Source: Alphaproteobacteria bacterium (GTDB lineage: Bacteria; Pseudomonadota; Alphaproteobacteria; Rhizobiales; CAJQND01). Taken from it: 64,000 nucleotides of DNA. The position numbers and the translations under genes are program-made. Below the pieces are notes generated by a model. The model was not told the origin of the DNA, did no database searches, and saw only the letters and a list, made by a program, of their open reading frames with translations. Shown here piece by piece: positions 9,502 through 20,032 of this stretch. Each line of letters begins with the position of its first letter. The stretch's first letter is position 1. The stretch is taken from the NCBI GenBank assembly GCA_024227565.1, contig JAAEUE010000303.1:5292-69291 (forward strand). The letters are read 5' to 3'.

Positions 9502-10872
9502 TTAGCCTGCCGGCGCCGTCCATTTTTCGCGCATTGTCACCAGTTCCTCAGCAGCAGTGGGGTGAACTGCAACAGTGGCATCGAAATCAGCTTTTGTGGC
9601 ACCCATTTTCACAGCAATGCCAAGCAGTTGCGCCATTTCGCCGGCATCGGGCCCGAGAATGTGGCAGCCAACCACCTTGTCTGAGGCCGCATCGACAATC
9701 AGCTTCATCATCATTTTCTCTTCGCGGCCGGGCAGAATGAATTTCATCGGCCGGAAACTCGATTTGTAAATGTCCAATTCGGCAAATTGCTCACGCGCTT
9801 CAGCTTCGGTCAGCCCCACGGTGCCGATCTCCGGCTGCGAAAACACAGCCGTTGCTATGTTGGAATGGTCAACGGCTGTGGGCGTATCGTTGTACACGGT
9901 TTCCGCAAACGCGGCCCCTTCGCGAATGGCCACCGGCGTTAAGTTCATGCGGTCGGTCACATCGCCCACGGCATAAATGTTGGGCACAGTGGTTTGCGAA
10001 TAGGCATCGACCTTGACCTCGCCCTTGCCGGCCAGTTCCACACCTGCCTCTTCCAAGCCCAGCCCCGCAGTGTGCGGCACCCGGCCGGTGGCATACATAA
10101 CCAATCCGGTCTCCAACGTTTCACCCGACTTGAGCGTTGCGGAAAGGCCGGACGCCGTCTTTTCAAGCTCTGCAATGTCACTTTCGGTTTTGACGTTTAT
10201 GCCCTTGCTGCGCATTTCCAGCGCAAGCGCATCGCGCAAGTCGTCATCAAAGCCCCGCAAGATCTGCGGGCCCCGATAAAGCAGAGTGGTCTCAACACCC
10301 AAGCCGTTGAAAATGCCGGCAAACTCAACCGCAATGTAACCGCCGCCCACAACCATGATTTTCTCAGGCAAGGCTTCCAGGTGGAACGCTTCGTTGGACG
10401 TGATCGCAAGATCGGAGCCGGGGAACTCCGGAACGAACGGCGTTGCCCCGGTGGCAATCAGAACATGCTTGGCGGTAACGCTGGAGCCATCTGGCGCCAG
10501 GTTCACAGTATGCGCATCCTGCAAGGTGGCCCGTGACTGAATGATCTTGACGCCGGAAGCTTCCAGGTTGCGGATGTAGATGCTGTTCAGCCGGTCGATC
10601 TCTTTGTCCTTGTTGGCGATCAGGGTCGCCCAATCGAAGGATCCAGGCTCGATCGACCAGCCATAACCGCCTGCGTCTTCAACATATTCAGGAAAGTGGC
10701 TGGCATAGACGAACAGCTTCTTGGGCACACAGCCTCTGATCACACAAGTGCCGCCAACCCGGTATTCTTCGGCCACCGCCACCTTCGCGCCATGGCTTGC
10801 CGCCATGCGCGCAGCCCGAACCCCGCCTGAACCTGCACCAATGACGAACAGGTCGTAATCATACTCAGCCAT
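9502..10872 (-). CDS. gor: glutathione-disulfide reductase
   Basis: MAEYDYDLFVIGAGSGGVRAAR...GGTCVIRGCVPKK redox-active disulfide. Length about 456 aa from the internal Met. Confidence 0.9.
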   Translation of the reverse strand: MAEYDYDLFVIGAGSGGVRAARMAASHGAKVAVAEEYRVGGTCVIRGCVPKKLFVYASHFPEYVEDAGGYGWSIEPGSFDWATLIANKDKEIDRLNSIYIRNLEASGVKIIQSRATLQDAHTVNLAPDGSSVTAKHVLIATGATPFVPEFPGSDLAITSNEAFHLEALPEKIMVVGGGYIAVEFAGIFNGLGVETTLLYRGPQILRGFDDDLRDALALEMRSKGINVKTESDIAELEKTASGLSATLKSGETLETGLVMYATGRVPHTAGLGLEEAGVELAGKGEVKVDAYSQTTVPNIYAVGDVTDRMNLTPVAIREGAAFAETVYNDTPTAVDHSNIATAVFSQPEIGTVGLTEAEAREQFAELDIYKSSFRPMKFILPGREEKMMMKLIVDAASDKVVGCHILGPDAGEMAQLLGIAVKMGATKADFDATVAVHPTAAEELVTMREKWTAPAG

Positions 10873-10992
10873 TTTCAAATCTTTCTGTGAAGTCCCGAAG
10901 GATGCTGCCGGAACCAGCATCGCATCCATGTGTTGGCGCCGTGCGCCGTTTCAAATCAACTCTTCGTCACGCGCAGACACGCCAGCGTGCCC

Positions 10993-12123
10993 CTACCCCG
11001 CCGCCTCAACCGTTTGATGCCCATCGTTCTCCGCAAACGCCTCCTCGCGGTAAAACCCAAGCTTCTCCATCACCGGGAAATCGTTGAAGGAGAACAAGCA
11101 GGCCTCCTCACCGTCAGCGCCATTGGCATGTTCATGCCACATCCATGCCGGCACGCAGAAGATGTCTTTCTCAGCCCACTCAAACTTGATGCCGTTGATC
11201 ACTGAGTGCCCGTTGCCCTTGGCAACGTGATAGATCACGTTGCCGGTATGCCGGTGCGCCTTGGTGGCCTCGCCCGGCCGCAACATTTGCATATGGGCGC
11301 CCATGGTTTGCATCACATGCCCGCCGGTTTGGGGGTTGGTGTAGCGCATGATGATGCCGTCATAGGGTGAGCCGTCGGAAACCTTTGCGTAGTTCTGCAA
11401 GCCCTCGTAAGTCTCGTTCCAGCCAAACTTCATCAATGGCGAATATGCATGATCCCAGGTTTCGTTGGCTGGCAACAGACCAGGCGCTCCATACGAGCCG
11501 GGTGAATCATTTTCCGGGTAATTGGGCTTTTGATAAAGATCCGGATGCACGGCGTAGAAGTTGGCTTCGAGTGCATTTGTCAGCGGGATATCCAGCCCGT
11601 CCTGCCACATGGAAATCTCACCGTCCTCCAAAACACCATGATCGTGCCAGGTGCCGTTGGGGGTAATAACGAAATCCCTGGCGCTGAAAGTGATCTTGTG
11701 CCCGTCAACCACGGTGTAGCCGCCGGACCCTTCCATGATGAAGCGCAAGGCAGATGCTGCATGCTTGTGGGCAGAGGTCTTCTCGCCGGGCCACATCACC
11801 TGGATGCCGCTGAACAACCAGCCGCAACAGGCGCTCACGTCCTTGCGCTTTGGGTTGCGCAGGTAGACCACTCGGCGCCCCGCCTTCTCAGGCGACACAA
11901 GGTCGAGCGAGCGCATCACTTGGGGCCGCAACGCCTTGTTACGCCATATGGTGGGAGCTGATGACGGTGTTGGTTCCCACGGCTCAATGTCGTTGGCAAC
12001 GGTCCAGAGCGCCGCCGTATCGAGAGAGGCCAGATCGCCGTAATAGCTTTCCAACTCCGCATTATCTTCAACAATGGCGCGGCCAACTTGGCTATCGCGT
12101 TCGTCCGGTAGGGTCTCGGTCAT
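10993..12123 (-). CDS. gentisate 1,2-dioxygenase-like bicupin
   Basis: About 376 aa with two cupin His clusters (SAHKHAASALRF; KAHRHTGNVIYH). N-terminus LESYYGDLASLDTAALW is typical of the family. Confidence 0.7.
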   Translation of the reverse strand: MTETLPDERDSQVGRAIVEDNAELESYYGDLASLDTAALWTVANDIEPWEPTPSSAPTIWRNKALRPQVMRSLDLVSPEKAGRRVVYLRNPKRKDVSACCGWLFSGIQVMWPGEKTSAHKHAASALRFIMEGSGGYTVVDGHKITFSARDFVITPNGTWHDHGVLEDGEISMWQDGLDIPLTNALEANFYAVHPDLYQKPNYPENDSPGSYGAPGLLPANETWDHAYSPLMKFGWNETYEGLQNYAKVSDGSPYDGIIMRYTNPQTGGHVMQTMGAHMQMLRPGEATKAHRHTGNVIYHVAKGNGHSVINGIKFEWAEKDIFCVPAWMWHEHANGADGEEACLFSFNDFPVMEKLGFYREEAFAENDGHQTVEAAG

Positions 12124-12182
12124 CAGCGCCCTCTCCTTGCTTGCGAGCCTGGGTTGCACTCTAACACGACGGCAAGACTAAG

Positions 12183-12680
12183 CTAAAACTTGAGGCCTTC
12201 CGCTTTCATTTGCAGGACCACCTTTTTGCCAATGATCGAGCCCACGTTTTGACCCCATTCAATCCCGATTTTCAGGGCCCTCTGGCCCATCTCAGGTTTA
12301 ATTTTGATCATCTTGCGGCCAACCGGGCTTTTGTAGAATGCGGAGATCTCATTGAGTTCGTCCTCGCTCAATGCTTCGGCATAAGCCGCAGCCACTTTGT
12401 CCATCGCTTGATCAATGCCTTTTTGCGCTTCGGTCAAAAACAAGATCTCAAACCGACGGGCGACTTCATTCGTGACATTCGAGTACGACTTCTCCAACAC
12501 ACCAATTTCCTGTTTCAGGAGAACCGGCAGCACGCCATTGAACATCTTATCAGCTTGCGTGAGCGCCAGCATCTCGCGGGCCGCCTTCACGTGTGATGGC
12601 GTCGGGTCAGCGGCCATGGCCGGGTGTGACACCACGAGGACGAACAATGCCGCAAAGGCTCCAAATACAATGGCTCTCAT
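12183..12680 (-). CDS. DUF2059 domain periplasmic protein
   Basis: Signal peptide ending HPAMAADP, plus ...LSEDELNEISAFYKSPVGRKMI... typical of DUF2059. Confidence 0.65.
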   Translation of the reverse strand: MRAIVFGAFAALFVLVVSHPAMAADPTPSHVKAAREMLALTQADKMFNGVLPVLLKQEIGVLEKSYSNVTNEVARRFEILFLTEAQKGIDQAMDKVAAAYAEALSEDELNEISAFYKSPVGRKMIKIKPEMGQRALKIGIEWGQNVGSIIGKKVVLQMKAEGLKF

Positions 12681-12695
12681 CTCAATTTCCTCTCT

Positions 12696-13388
12696 TTACG
12701 CAACAAGTTCTTCAACGCCTTCAGCACTGGCTACATAGGCCCGTGCCGCAAGGCCAATAAACAATCCGTGCTCCACCACACCGGTTTGGGCCTGGAGCGC
12801 AAGGGCAAGCTCTTCTGGGTTGGGCAGCTGTTCCAAATGGCAATCATATATGAAATTCCCACCATCTGTAATGAACGGCCCGCTGGCGCCCTGACGTTGG
12901 CGAACGTCCGGCCGCAAGCTCAACTCGTTCAAAATTCCAACCACCTTGCCCGCCGTGACCTGAGCACCGAATTGCACCACCTCAATAGGCAGCGCGAACG
13001 CGCCCAGCATATCCACCCGCTTTGAGCTGTCAGCAATCACCACCATCTCCGCAGATGCGCTGGCAACAATCTTCTCGCGCAACAGCGCGCCGCCGCCGCC
13101 TTTGATGAGGCGCAGCTGGCTGTCGAGCTCGTCTGCACCATCCACCGTCACATCCAGATGCGGCGTTTCATCGAGCGTTGAGAGCGGGATGTTCAACCCG
13201 CGCGCCTGTTCAGCGGTGGCTTCAGATGTGGGCACACACACCACATTCAACCCCTCCGCCACCAGCCGGCCAACAGCATCCACAAATGGCCGCGCGGTTG
13301 AGCCGGTTCCAAGCCCAAGCCGCATGCCGTCGCGCACATGCACCAATGCAGCCTCGGCGGCTGCTTTTTTCAGATCATCTTGTGACAT
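12696..13388 (-). CDS. rpiA: ribose-5-phosphate isomerase A
   Basis: MSQDDLKKAAAEAALVHVRDGMRLGLGTGSTARPFV...VDGADE...KGGGGALLREK. Confidence 0.9.
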   Translation of the reverse strand: MSQDDLKKAAAEAALVHVRDGMRLGLGTGSTARPFVDAVGRLVAEGLNVVCVPTSEATAEQARGLNIPLSTLDETPHLDVTVDGADELDSQLRLIKGGGGALLREKIVASASAEMVVIADSSKRVDMLGAFALPIEVVQFGAQVTAGKVVGILNELSLRPDVRQRQGASGPFITDGGNFIYDCHLEQLPNPEELALALQAQTGVVEHGLFIGLAARAYVASAEGVEELVA

Positions 13389-13413
13389 CAGGCACGTCCA
13401 ATCACTGAGCGGG

Positions 13414-14868
13414 TCAAGTGTCCAACCCACCCATCAGCATGTACTTGATTTCGGTGAACTCGGTGATGCCATGGTGCGAGCCTTCGCGCCCGAGGCCCGA
13501 CTGCTTCACACCGCCGAACGGGGCCACCTCGGTTGAGATGATGCCTTCGTTGATCCCAACAATCCCCGTCTCCAGTGCCTCGGCCACCCGCCAGCAGCGG
13601 CCAATGTCGCGGCTGTAGAAATAGGAGGCCAGACCGAACTCGGTGTCATTGGCAAGATCGATGGCTTCCTGCTCGGTCTTGAAACGGAACAGCGGCGCTA
13701 CGGGCCCGAAAGTTTCCTCATTGGTCACCAGCATCTTGGTGGTGACATTCTTCAGAACCGTCGGCTGGTAGAAATTGCCGCCGAGCGCGTGGGCTGAACC
13801 GCCCACCACGATTTCAGCACCATTGGCAACAGCGTCCTGCACATGCTCTTCGACCTTCTCGATCGCAGCCGCATTGATCAGCGGGCCCGTGGTGACGCCC
13901 ACTTCGGTGCCTTGTCCCACTTTCAGATCCATGACCGCCTTGGCGAGCTTCTCTGAGAAGGTGTCGTAGACACCGTCTTGAACCAATATCCGGTTGGCGC
14001 ATACGCAGGTTTGTCCGGCGTTGCGATATTTGGAGGCCATGGCGCCCACAACGGCAGCATCCAGATCCGCGTCATCAAACACGATGAAGGGCGCGTTGCC
14101 ACCAAGCTCCAGATCCACCTTCTTGATGGTGGCCGCACACTGTTCCATCAGAACCCGGCCAATTTCCGTTGAGCCTGTGAAGGTCAACGCTTTCACCGTG
14201 TCGCTTGCCGTCAGGGCTCCGCCAATCGCGGTGGCGCTGCCGGTGATGACGCTGAACAGGCCTTCAGGCAATCCGGCCCGGTTGGCCAGCTCGGCAATTG
14301 CCAAAGCGGTTAGCGGCGTATCGCTCGCCGGCTTGCACACCACGCCGCACCCGGCCGCCAGAGCGGGCGACACCTTGCGGGTGATCATGGCCATCGGGAA
14401 ATTCCACGGCGTGATCGCCGCCACAACACCAATCGGCTGGCGCTGCACGACAATGCGCGCATCGGGCTTGTGGCTCGGGATGGTCTCACCGTAAATCCGT
14501 TTGGCTTCCTCGGCATAGAATTCGGTGAACGAGGCGCCATACACAACCTCGCCTTTGGCTTCTGCCAGGGGCTTGCCCTGCTCGGCGGTCATGATGGCAG
14601 CAAGATCGTCCTGGTTCTCCATCATCAGGTCATACCAGCGCCGAAGAACTATTGAGCGCTCCTTGGCGGTGCGCTTGGACCAGCCTTTCATGGCTTCGGC
14701 CGCAGCGGCAATGGCCTCTTCGGTCTCTTTTGCGCCAAGCCTGGGCACCGTGGTGATCACTTCACCAGTTGCTGGATTGGTCACTTCGGCGGTGTCGGAC
14801 CCGCCAACCCATTTGCCGGCAATAAGGCATTTGTCTTTGATGAGAGATTTGTCGTTCAACGTGTCCAT
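13414..14868 (-). CDS. gabD: NAD(P)-dependent succinate-semialdehyde dehydrogenase
   Basis: About 484 aa aldehyde dehydrogenase. ELGGNAPFIVFDDADLD, catalytic Cys in GQTCVCANR, and EETFGPVAPLFRF. Confidence 0.8.
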   Translation of the reverse strand: MDTLNDKSLIKDKCLIAGKWVGGSDTAEVTNPATGEVITTVPRLGAKETEEAIAAAAEAMKGWSKRTAKERSIVLRRWYDLMMENQDDLAAIMTAEQGKPLAEAKGEVVYGASFTEFYAEEAKRIYGETIPSHKPDARIVVQRQPIGVVAAITPWNFPMAMITRKVSPALAAGCGVVCKPASDTPLTALAIAELANRAGLPEGLFSVITGSATAIGGALTASDTVKALTFTGSTEIGRVLMEQCAATIKKVDLELGGNAPFIVFDDADLDAAVVGAMASKYRNAGQTCVCANRILVQDGVYDTFSEKLAKAVMDLKVGQGTEVGVTTGPLINAAAIEKVEEHVQDAVANGAEIVVGGSAHALGGNFYQPTVLKNVTTKMLVTNEETFGPVAPLFRFKTEQEAIDLANDTEFGLASYFYSRDIGRCWRVAEALETGIVGINEGIISTEVAPFGGVKQSGLGREGSHHGITEFTEIKYMLMGGLDT

Positions 14869-14957
14869 TTTAAGCGCGACCTCCTGTTGACCGCCCAAGC
14901 GCGGCGTGCTCTTTGGCGCCTTCATTAGCACGGACAAAGCCTCGCAAGAAAGCACCC

Positions 14958-15629
14958 ATGACGAAACCTCTCTGCATCATTTTCGACCTGGACGGCACCC
15001 TGGTGGACAGCGCCCCGGACCTGGCAGCAACCGGCAACGAATTGTTGCGCCGCCGCGGCCGCGGCCAGGTTTCGTTTGACGCGGTGCGGTCCATGGTGGG
15101 CAAGGGTGCCCTGGTTCTCATGGACGAGATGATGGCGGCCACCGGCAGCCCCGCCTCGCAGGAAGAGCTGAAGGCGATGCTGCCGGAGTTTATCGAATAC
15201 TACGGTGCAAACATTGCTGCCAACACGGTTCCCTTCCCCGGCGTACACAAGGCGCTCGCCGGCCTGGCCGAGCGCGAGGCGCTGATGGCTGTGTGCACCA
15301 ACAAGTTTGAGCAATTGTCCCACACCCTGCTGGAGCAGATGGAGCTTTCCCATCATTTCAGCGCTGTGCTGGGCGGCGACAGCTTGCCTATCCGCAAACC
15401 GGATGGAGGCCATGTGCTGGGAACGATCGAGCGCGTTGGCGGCGATCCGGCGCGCTCCATCATGGTGGGCGACAGTCACAACGACATTGATGCAGCGCTG
15501 GATGCGGGCGTGAAGTCCATTGCCGTAAGCTTTGGTTACACGGACATTCCGCCACGCGAACTTGGCGCGGACCATGTCATCGATCATTTTGACGAACTGC
15601 TCCCGGCCATTGATGTCCTGATGGATTAG
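14958..15629 (+). CDS. gph: HAD-family phosphoglycolate phosphatase
   Basis: MTKPLCIIFDLDGTLVDS (DxDGT), CTNK and MVGDSHNDIDAA motifs. Stop codons overlap convergently with the next gene. Confidence 0.75.
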   Translation: MTKPLCIIFDLDGTLVDSAPDLAATGNELLRRRGRGQVSFDAVRSMVGKGALVLMDEMMAATGSPASQEELKAMLPEFIEYYGANIAANTVPFPGVHKALAGLAEREALMAVCTNKFEQLSHTLLEQMELSHHFSAVLGGDSLPIRKPDGGHVLGTIERVGGDPARSIMVGDSHNDIDAALDAGVKSIAVSFGYTDIPPRELGADHVIDHFDELLPAIDVLMD

Positions 15630-17176
15630 GGACCGGGGCGGCGGAACACGTTTTCCTGAAACGCCATATAGTCTGCAATCTGCGCCGACGTTTCTTCAGT
15701 TGACCAGTTCAAGTGCGGCCCCACGATCTGCGCGGCCTGCTCGACCTCGCGTCGTGTGAGTTCACGACGCCAAGCCAGACCCGTTCGCCGCAACAGCACA
15801 TCTATCAGCGACTGTGCATGCTCCCCTGTGACACCAAACTCAATGTCGGCGACACGAACATCGGGCTCATCGGCGAGGAACGGAGGAGAATTGTCGCTGT
15901 TGGAGAACGCAAACGGCGAGGTATCGACCCGCCCGGCTCGCCCTGAGGGCTCAAGCTTTGAGGCCACCGCATCAAGCGCCAGCCGCCCGGCGCTGCGATG
16001 GGTCATAATCGGTCCGCCGGTCAAGGCAAAGACTCCTGAAAGCCCACGTTCTGTCAGATCATGCAAGGCCCGCGCACGGCTGCCCTTGGGATGAGATTTG
16101 CTGAAGGTCAGCGGCCTGACGCCGGCCCATGATCGCAACACATCAGCCCGCCGCAACTGGCGGCCTGGGATAAGAGCGTTGGTCTCGTTGATCAGGAAAT
16201 CGATTTCCTCATCGCTTGCCGAGATATCGGTGGCATCACCCTCAAACAGAGTTTCCGTGACGCCGATGGAGTAGAAGTTCTTGTGCAGCGGCAAAACATA
16301 ATAGGGCTCGCCCACACTGTTGAGCGAGGCAACGCCAAAGCCCTGATAGGTGTCCGGCATCTCAACCACAATGTGGATGCCCTTGGTGGCCTGGATGAGC
16401 CTGCCTTTATGCTGATTTGGCGGCAGCACATCGTCGATCCAGGTTCCCGCCATGTTCAAGACCACCGGGGCTTGAACCTCAGCGGGGGCAAGCGCGGGAA
16501 CAGATGAGCTTGTGAGCGTCACGGTCCAGTCGCCGGCCGCACTTTGCCGGCCAAGGCGCGCGGTGCAATAGTTCACCAGAGTGGCGCCGTTGCGCTCAGC
16601 ATCCAGCGCCATGTCCACACAGAACCGCTCCGGCCAGTCGAACTTGAACTCGTTGTAGCAAGCAATTGCTTCGAGGCTGTGCCCGTCACGAAAGTCTTCA
16701 AAGAACGGAATCTTCGCAGAATAGTCACGGTCGACCATTTCAAAGTCGAACGGCACGGTGCCATCGCCCAAAAGCTCAAGCAGCTTGATCCCAGCACTCA
16801 CATGCCAGCTCTTGAACACATCGCCTTTGTAGATGGGAAAGCACATCCTGTAGGGCCAGACACGGTCTCCGGCATCTTTCAAATGTTCGCTGACGCTTTG
16901 CATGGCCTGGCGGGCACCGCGCAGCGCATCAATGAACCGGCCAGGATGCGCACCAAAATGAAACAGCGGATTTCGGGCCTCGAAATATCGCAAGCCAGGA
17001 TGAAGCATGCGCGCCGAGCGGCCGCTGGCGCCGGAGCCAAAATCGCCCTTGTCCACCACTAGGCAATTGTATCCACCCGCCGCCAGGTTCTGCGCGGCGC
17101 TGGACCCATTGATGCCGCCGCCAATGACGATCACATCAAAGCGACGGTCGTGGAGCTCTGAGAAGGCACGCTTCAT
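15626..17176 (-). CDS. FAD-dependent glycerol-3-phosphate dehydrogenase/oxidase family protein
   Basis: 516 aa. FDVIVIGGGINGSSAAQNLAAGG dinucleotide fold and GlpD-like length. Confidence 0.75.
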   Translation of the reverse strand: MKRAFSELHDRRFDVIVIGGGINGSSAAQNLAAGGYNCLVVDKGDFGSGASGRSARMLHPGLRYFEARNPLFHFGAHPGRFIDALRGARQAMQSVSEHLKDAGDRVWPYRMCFPIYKGDVFKSWHVSAGIKLLELLGDGTVPFDFEMVDRDYSAKIPFFEDFRDGHSLEAIACYNEFKFDWPERFCVDMALDAERNGATLVNYCTARLGRQSAAGDWTVTLTSSSVPALAPAEVQAPVVLNMAGTWIDDVLPPNQHKGRLIQATKGIHIVVEMPDTYQGFGVASLNSVGEPYYVLPLHKNFYSIGVTETLFEGDATDISASDEEIDFLINETNALIPGRQLRRADVLRSWAGVRPLTFSKSHPKGSRARALHDLTERGLSGVFALTGGPIMTHRSAGRLALDAVASKLEPSGRAGRVDTSPFAFSNSDNSPPFLADEPDVRVADIEFGVTGEHAQSLIDVLLRRTGLAWRRELTRREVEQAAQIVGPHLNWSTEETSAQIADYMAFQENVFRRPGP

Positions 17177-17242
17177 CTTCAGATGATAATCTTACGCGCC
17201 GGAAATTACGACGCCTAGTGCGGCAGAGTCTGTGGCGTGGCC

Positions 17243-18025
17243 TTAAATGGCCAAATAGTCGTGCCGGAGTTGCTCGTTATCGAGCACTTCCTTGGCAGAC
17301 CCATCAAAAACGATTTCGCCAGTGTCGAGGATCGCAGCACGGTCTGCCAGCTTGAGGGCAGCCACCGCATTTTGCTCCACAATGATGGTTGTGATGCCAG
17401 CGTTGCGGACTTCGATGAGGGCCTTTTCGATGTCGTGCCGGACAACAGGCGCCAGACCTTCGTAGGGCTCATCGAGCAAAAGTAATTTCAGGTCGCGGGC
17501 AAGGGCCCGGCCGATTGCGAGCATCTGCTGTTCGCCGCCAGAAAGCGTCGTGCCTTCTTGCTTGCGGCGTTCCTTCAAGCGCGGGAACAGATCAAAGATC
17601 CGTTCAAACTCCCACCCCGGATCCCCCGCAATGCGCACCAAATCCAAATTTTCCTGAACTGTGAGCCCCTGGATGATGCGACGGTCTTCAGGAACCAGTT
17701 GAATGCCGGCCAGCGCGGCTTCATGGGTTGCAGCACCGTGCAACGGCACACCTTGCAACCAAACTTCACCGTGTCTCAGCACAGGAGCTTCTGCGCGGGC
17801 TATGGCCCGCAAAGTTGACGTTTTGCCGGCGCCATTGCGGCCAAGCAGCGCCAAGATCTCGCCCTCATTAATCTGGAATGAGACATCCTGCACGATATAG
17901 CTGTCGCCATAAAAGGCCTGCAGGCCCTTAACAGCAAAATAAGCGTCAGCCGGGTTTGCGTCGAAACTTTCAGCTCCTGGGGAGTTATCCGGCGACACGT
18001 CTGCTGTTTCTCCGTCGAGCGTCAT
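17243..18025 (-). CDS. ABC transporter ATP-binding protein, LivF-like
   Basis: Walker A GRNGAGKTS, signature LSGGEQQML, Walker B LLLLDEP. Confidence 0.85.
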   Translation of the reverse strand: MTLDGETADVSPDNSPGAESFDANPADAYFAVKGLQAFYGDSYIVQDVSFQINEGEILALLGRNGAGKTSTLRAIARAEAPVLRHGEVWLQGVPLHGAATHEAALAGIQLVPEDRRIIQGLTVQENLDLVRIAGDPGWEFERIFDLFPRLKERRKQEGTTLSGGEQQMLAIGRALARDLKLLLLDEPYEGLAPVVRHDIEKALIEVRNAGITTIIVEQNAVAALKLADRAAILDTGEIVFDGSAKEVLDNEQLRHDYLAI

Positions 18026-18840
18026 ACCTGCTCCTCTCCGAGATAGGCTTCTTTCACTTTGGGGTCGTTTTTCACTTCATCAGGCGTGCCCTGTGCAATG
18101 ATTCTGCCGCCGGCCAGAACACTGATCCGGTCCGCCAAGGAAAACACCACATGCATGTCATGCTCAATGATCACCTTCGTCATGCCGCCTTCCTTGATCT
18201 TTTTCAAAAGATCAATAGTGGCGTTGGTGTCATGCCGGGCCATGCCGGCCGTTGGCTCGTCAAGCAGAAGCAGGCGCGGATGCTGGATGAGGCCCATGGC
18301 CAGCTCCAGGCGGCGCTTGTCTCCGCGGGACATGCTTGAGGCTTGAGCCGTGAGCTGCGCTTGCAGGCCCACGCTCTCGGCCGTGGCAACAGCTTCATCA
18401 CGAAGCGAGGCCTCGCGCTCGAAATCCTTAAACGGGTTTACCCGGAAATGACCATCCCGCTTTGAGAGTGCGGGCACCATAATGTTTTCCAAAACGGTCA
18501 GATCGGGGAACACCTCAGGCGTCTGAAACACTCGGGCCACACCGAGCTGATTGATCTCGTGCGGTTGCTTGCCGGTGAGAACCTCACCATCAAACACAAC
18601 GGCACCACGGTCTGGCTTCAGGCGACCGACGCAAACATTGAGAAGTGTGGATTTTCCGGCACCGTTCGGGCCGATAATGGCATGGGTTTCGCCCTCAAGC
18701 ACCTCAAGGTCCACGTCGCTCAGGGCATGCAGTCCGGAAAAGCTTTTGTGGACGTCATCGATGTGCAAGACCGAATTTGGCGTGCCACGTTGGAATTCGC
18801 GGCTTTCGTCGTCTGCGGTTTTTTCGGCAGTTGCTAACAT
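18022..18840 (-). CDS. ABC transporter ATP-binding protein, LivG-like
   Basis: GPNGAGKSTL, MSRGDKRRLELA, LLLLDEPTAGM. 4-bp overlap with the LivF-like gene. Confidence 0.85.
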   Translation of the reverse strand: MLATAEKTADDESREFQRGTPNSVLHIDDVHKSFSGLHALSDVDLEVLEGETHAIIGPNGAGKSTLLNVCVGRLKPDRGAVVFDGEVLTGKQPHEINQLGVARVFQTPEVFPDLTVLENIMVPALSKRDGHFRVNPFKDFEREASLRDEAVATAESVGLQAQLTAQASSMSRGDKRRLELAMGLIQHPRLLLLDEPTAGMARHDTNATIDLLKKIKEGGMTKVIIEHDMHVVFSLADRISVLAGGRIIAQGTPDEVKNDPKVKEAYLGEEQV

Positions 18841-18852
18841 GATCCGCGCGCC

Positions 18853-20028
18853 CTATTCGGCTGCTTGCTGGGCGCCATCAGGCGCGACGGTTTCATCTGG
18901 CTTCTTCTGGAACCTGGCCATTATTCGTCTGAAGCCTTCCATCAATCCACCCGGCAAGAAGATCACAATGACCATGAACATCAGACCCAAAGTCAGATGC
19001 CAACCTTCACCCACAAACAAGGAGACCACATCGACAACGAAATGTTGGAGCGATTCCGGCAGAAACGAGAAGAAGGAATTGAGAATGCCTTCGTTCCATG
19101 AAGAAACTTTCTGTTCGGCAAATTTGATGAGGCCCGCGCCAAGAACCGGTCCAACCAGAGTTCCCACACCGCCAAGGATTGTCATCAGGACAACCTCACC
19201 GCTTGCGGTCCACTGCATGCGCTCAGCACCGGCGATTGGGTCCGTGACGGCCATCAGGGACCCGGCAAGGCCGGCATACATGCCGGAGATCACAAACGCT
19301 GCAATCAGATAGGGCCGGGTGTGAATGCCTGTGTAATTCAGCCGGTTCTGATTTGACTTAATCGCTTTTAACATCACCCCGAAGTTGGACCGCGTCAGGC
19401 GCTGCGCCAGGTAGAAGCAGATGATCAACAGCACAGCACAGAAATAGAAGCCTGGGTAACCGCTCATCTTCATCCCGAACAAGTTCGTAATCGGCACGCC
19501 CACTTCCTGAATGCCCAGCGCCTGATCAATGACGCGAACGTCTCCGTCGCGCAGGCTCAGTTCCGCGTTGGTGCGGATGGCGCGGACCTGAAGTCCGGTT
19601 TCACCATTTGTGATCGGCGTGAGAACGGAATAGGCCAGATTGTAGGACATCTGGGCGAAAGCCAGCGTTAGGATCGAGAAATAGATCCCCGATCTGCGCA
19701 GAGATACATACCCGATGGCCGCCGCGAACAAACCCGCCATAAGCACCGACAGCGCTACAGCCGGGATGATATTCATCGTCAACAGCTTGAAACACCAGAC
19801 GCTGACATAGGAGCCAACGCCAATAAACACGGCGTGACCAAACGAGAGATAACCGGTGAGCCCAAACAGAATGTTGAAGCCAATCGCAAAGATGCCGAAG
19901 ATGCAGAACTTCTGCAAAAGATCCGGGTAGGCTGCGCCAATCGGTGCAAGCAGCCAGGGTGCCAGCAGAGTGAAACCGGCGATACCGGCAAGAAGCAGAA
20001 GGTCGTTTCGTGATTGTGTGTTGCCCAT
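18853..20028 (-). CDS. branched-chain-amino-acid-type ABC permease, LivM-like
   Basis: 391 aa polytopic membrane protein with [16 protein letters not shown]. Confidence 0.85.
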   Translation of the reverse strand: MGNTQSRNDLLLLAGIAGFTLLAPWLLAPIGAAYPDLLQKFCIFGIFAIGFNILFGLTGYLSFGHAVFIGVGSYVSVWCFKLLTMNIIPAVALSVLMAGLFAAAIGYVSLRRSGIYFSILTLAFAQMSYNLAYSVLTPITNGETGLQVRAIRTNAELSLRDGDVRVIDQALGIQEVGVPITNLFGMKMSGYPGFYFCAVLLIICFYLAQRLTRSNFGVMLKAIKSNQNRLNYTGIHTRPYLIAAFVISGMYAGLAGSLMAVTDPIAGAERMQWTASGEVVLMTILGGVGTLVGPVLGAGLIKFAEQKVSSWNEGILNSFFSFLPESLQHFVVDVVSLFVGEGWHLTLGLMFMVIVIFLPGGLMEGFRRIMARFQKKPDETVAPDGAQQAAE

Positions 20029-20032
20029 TGCT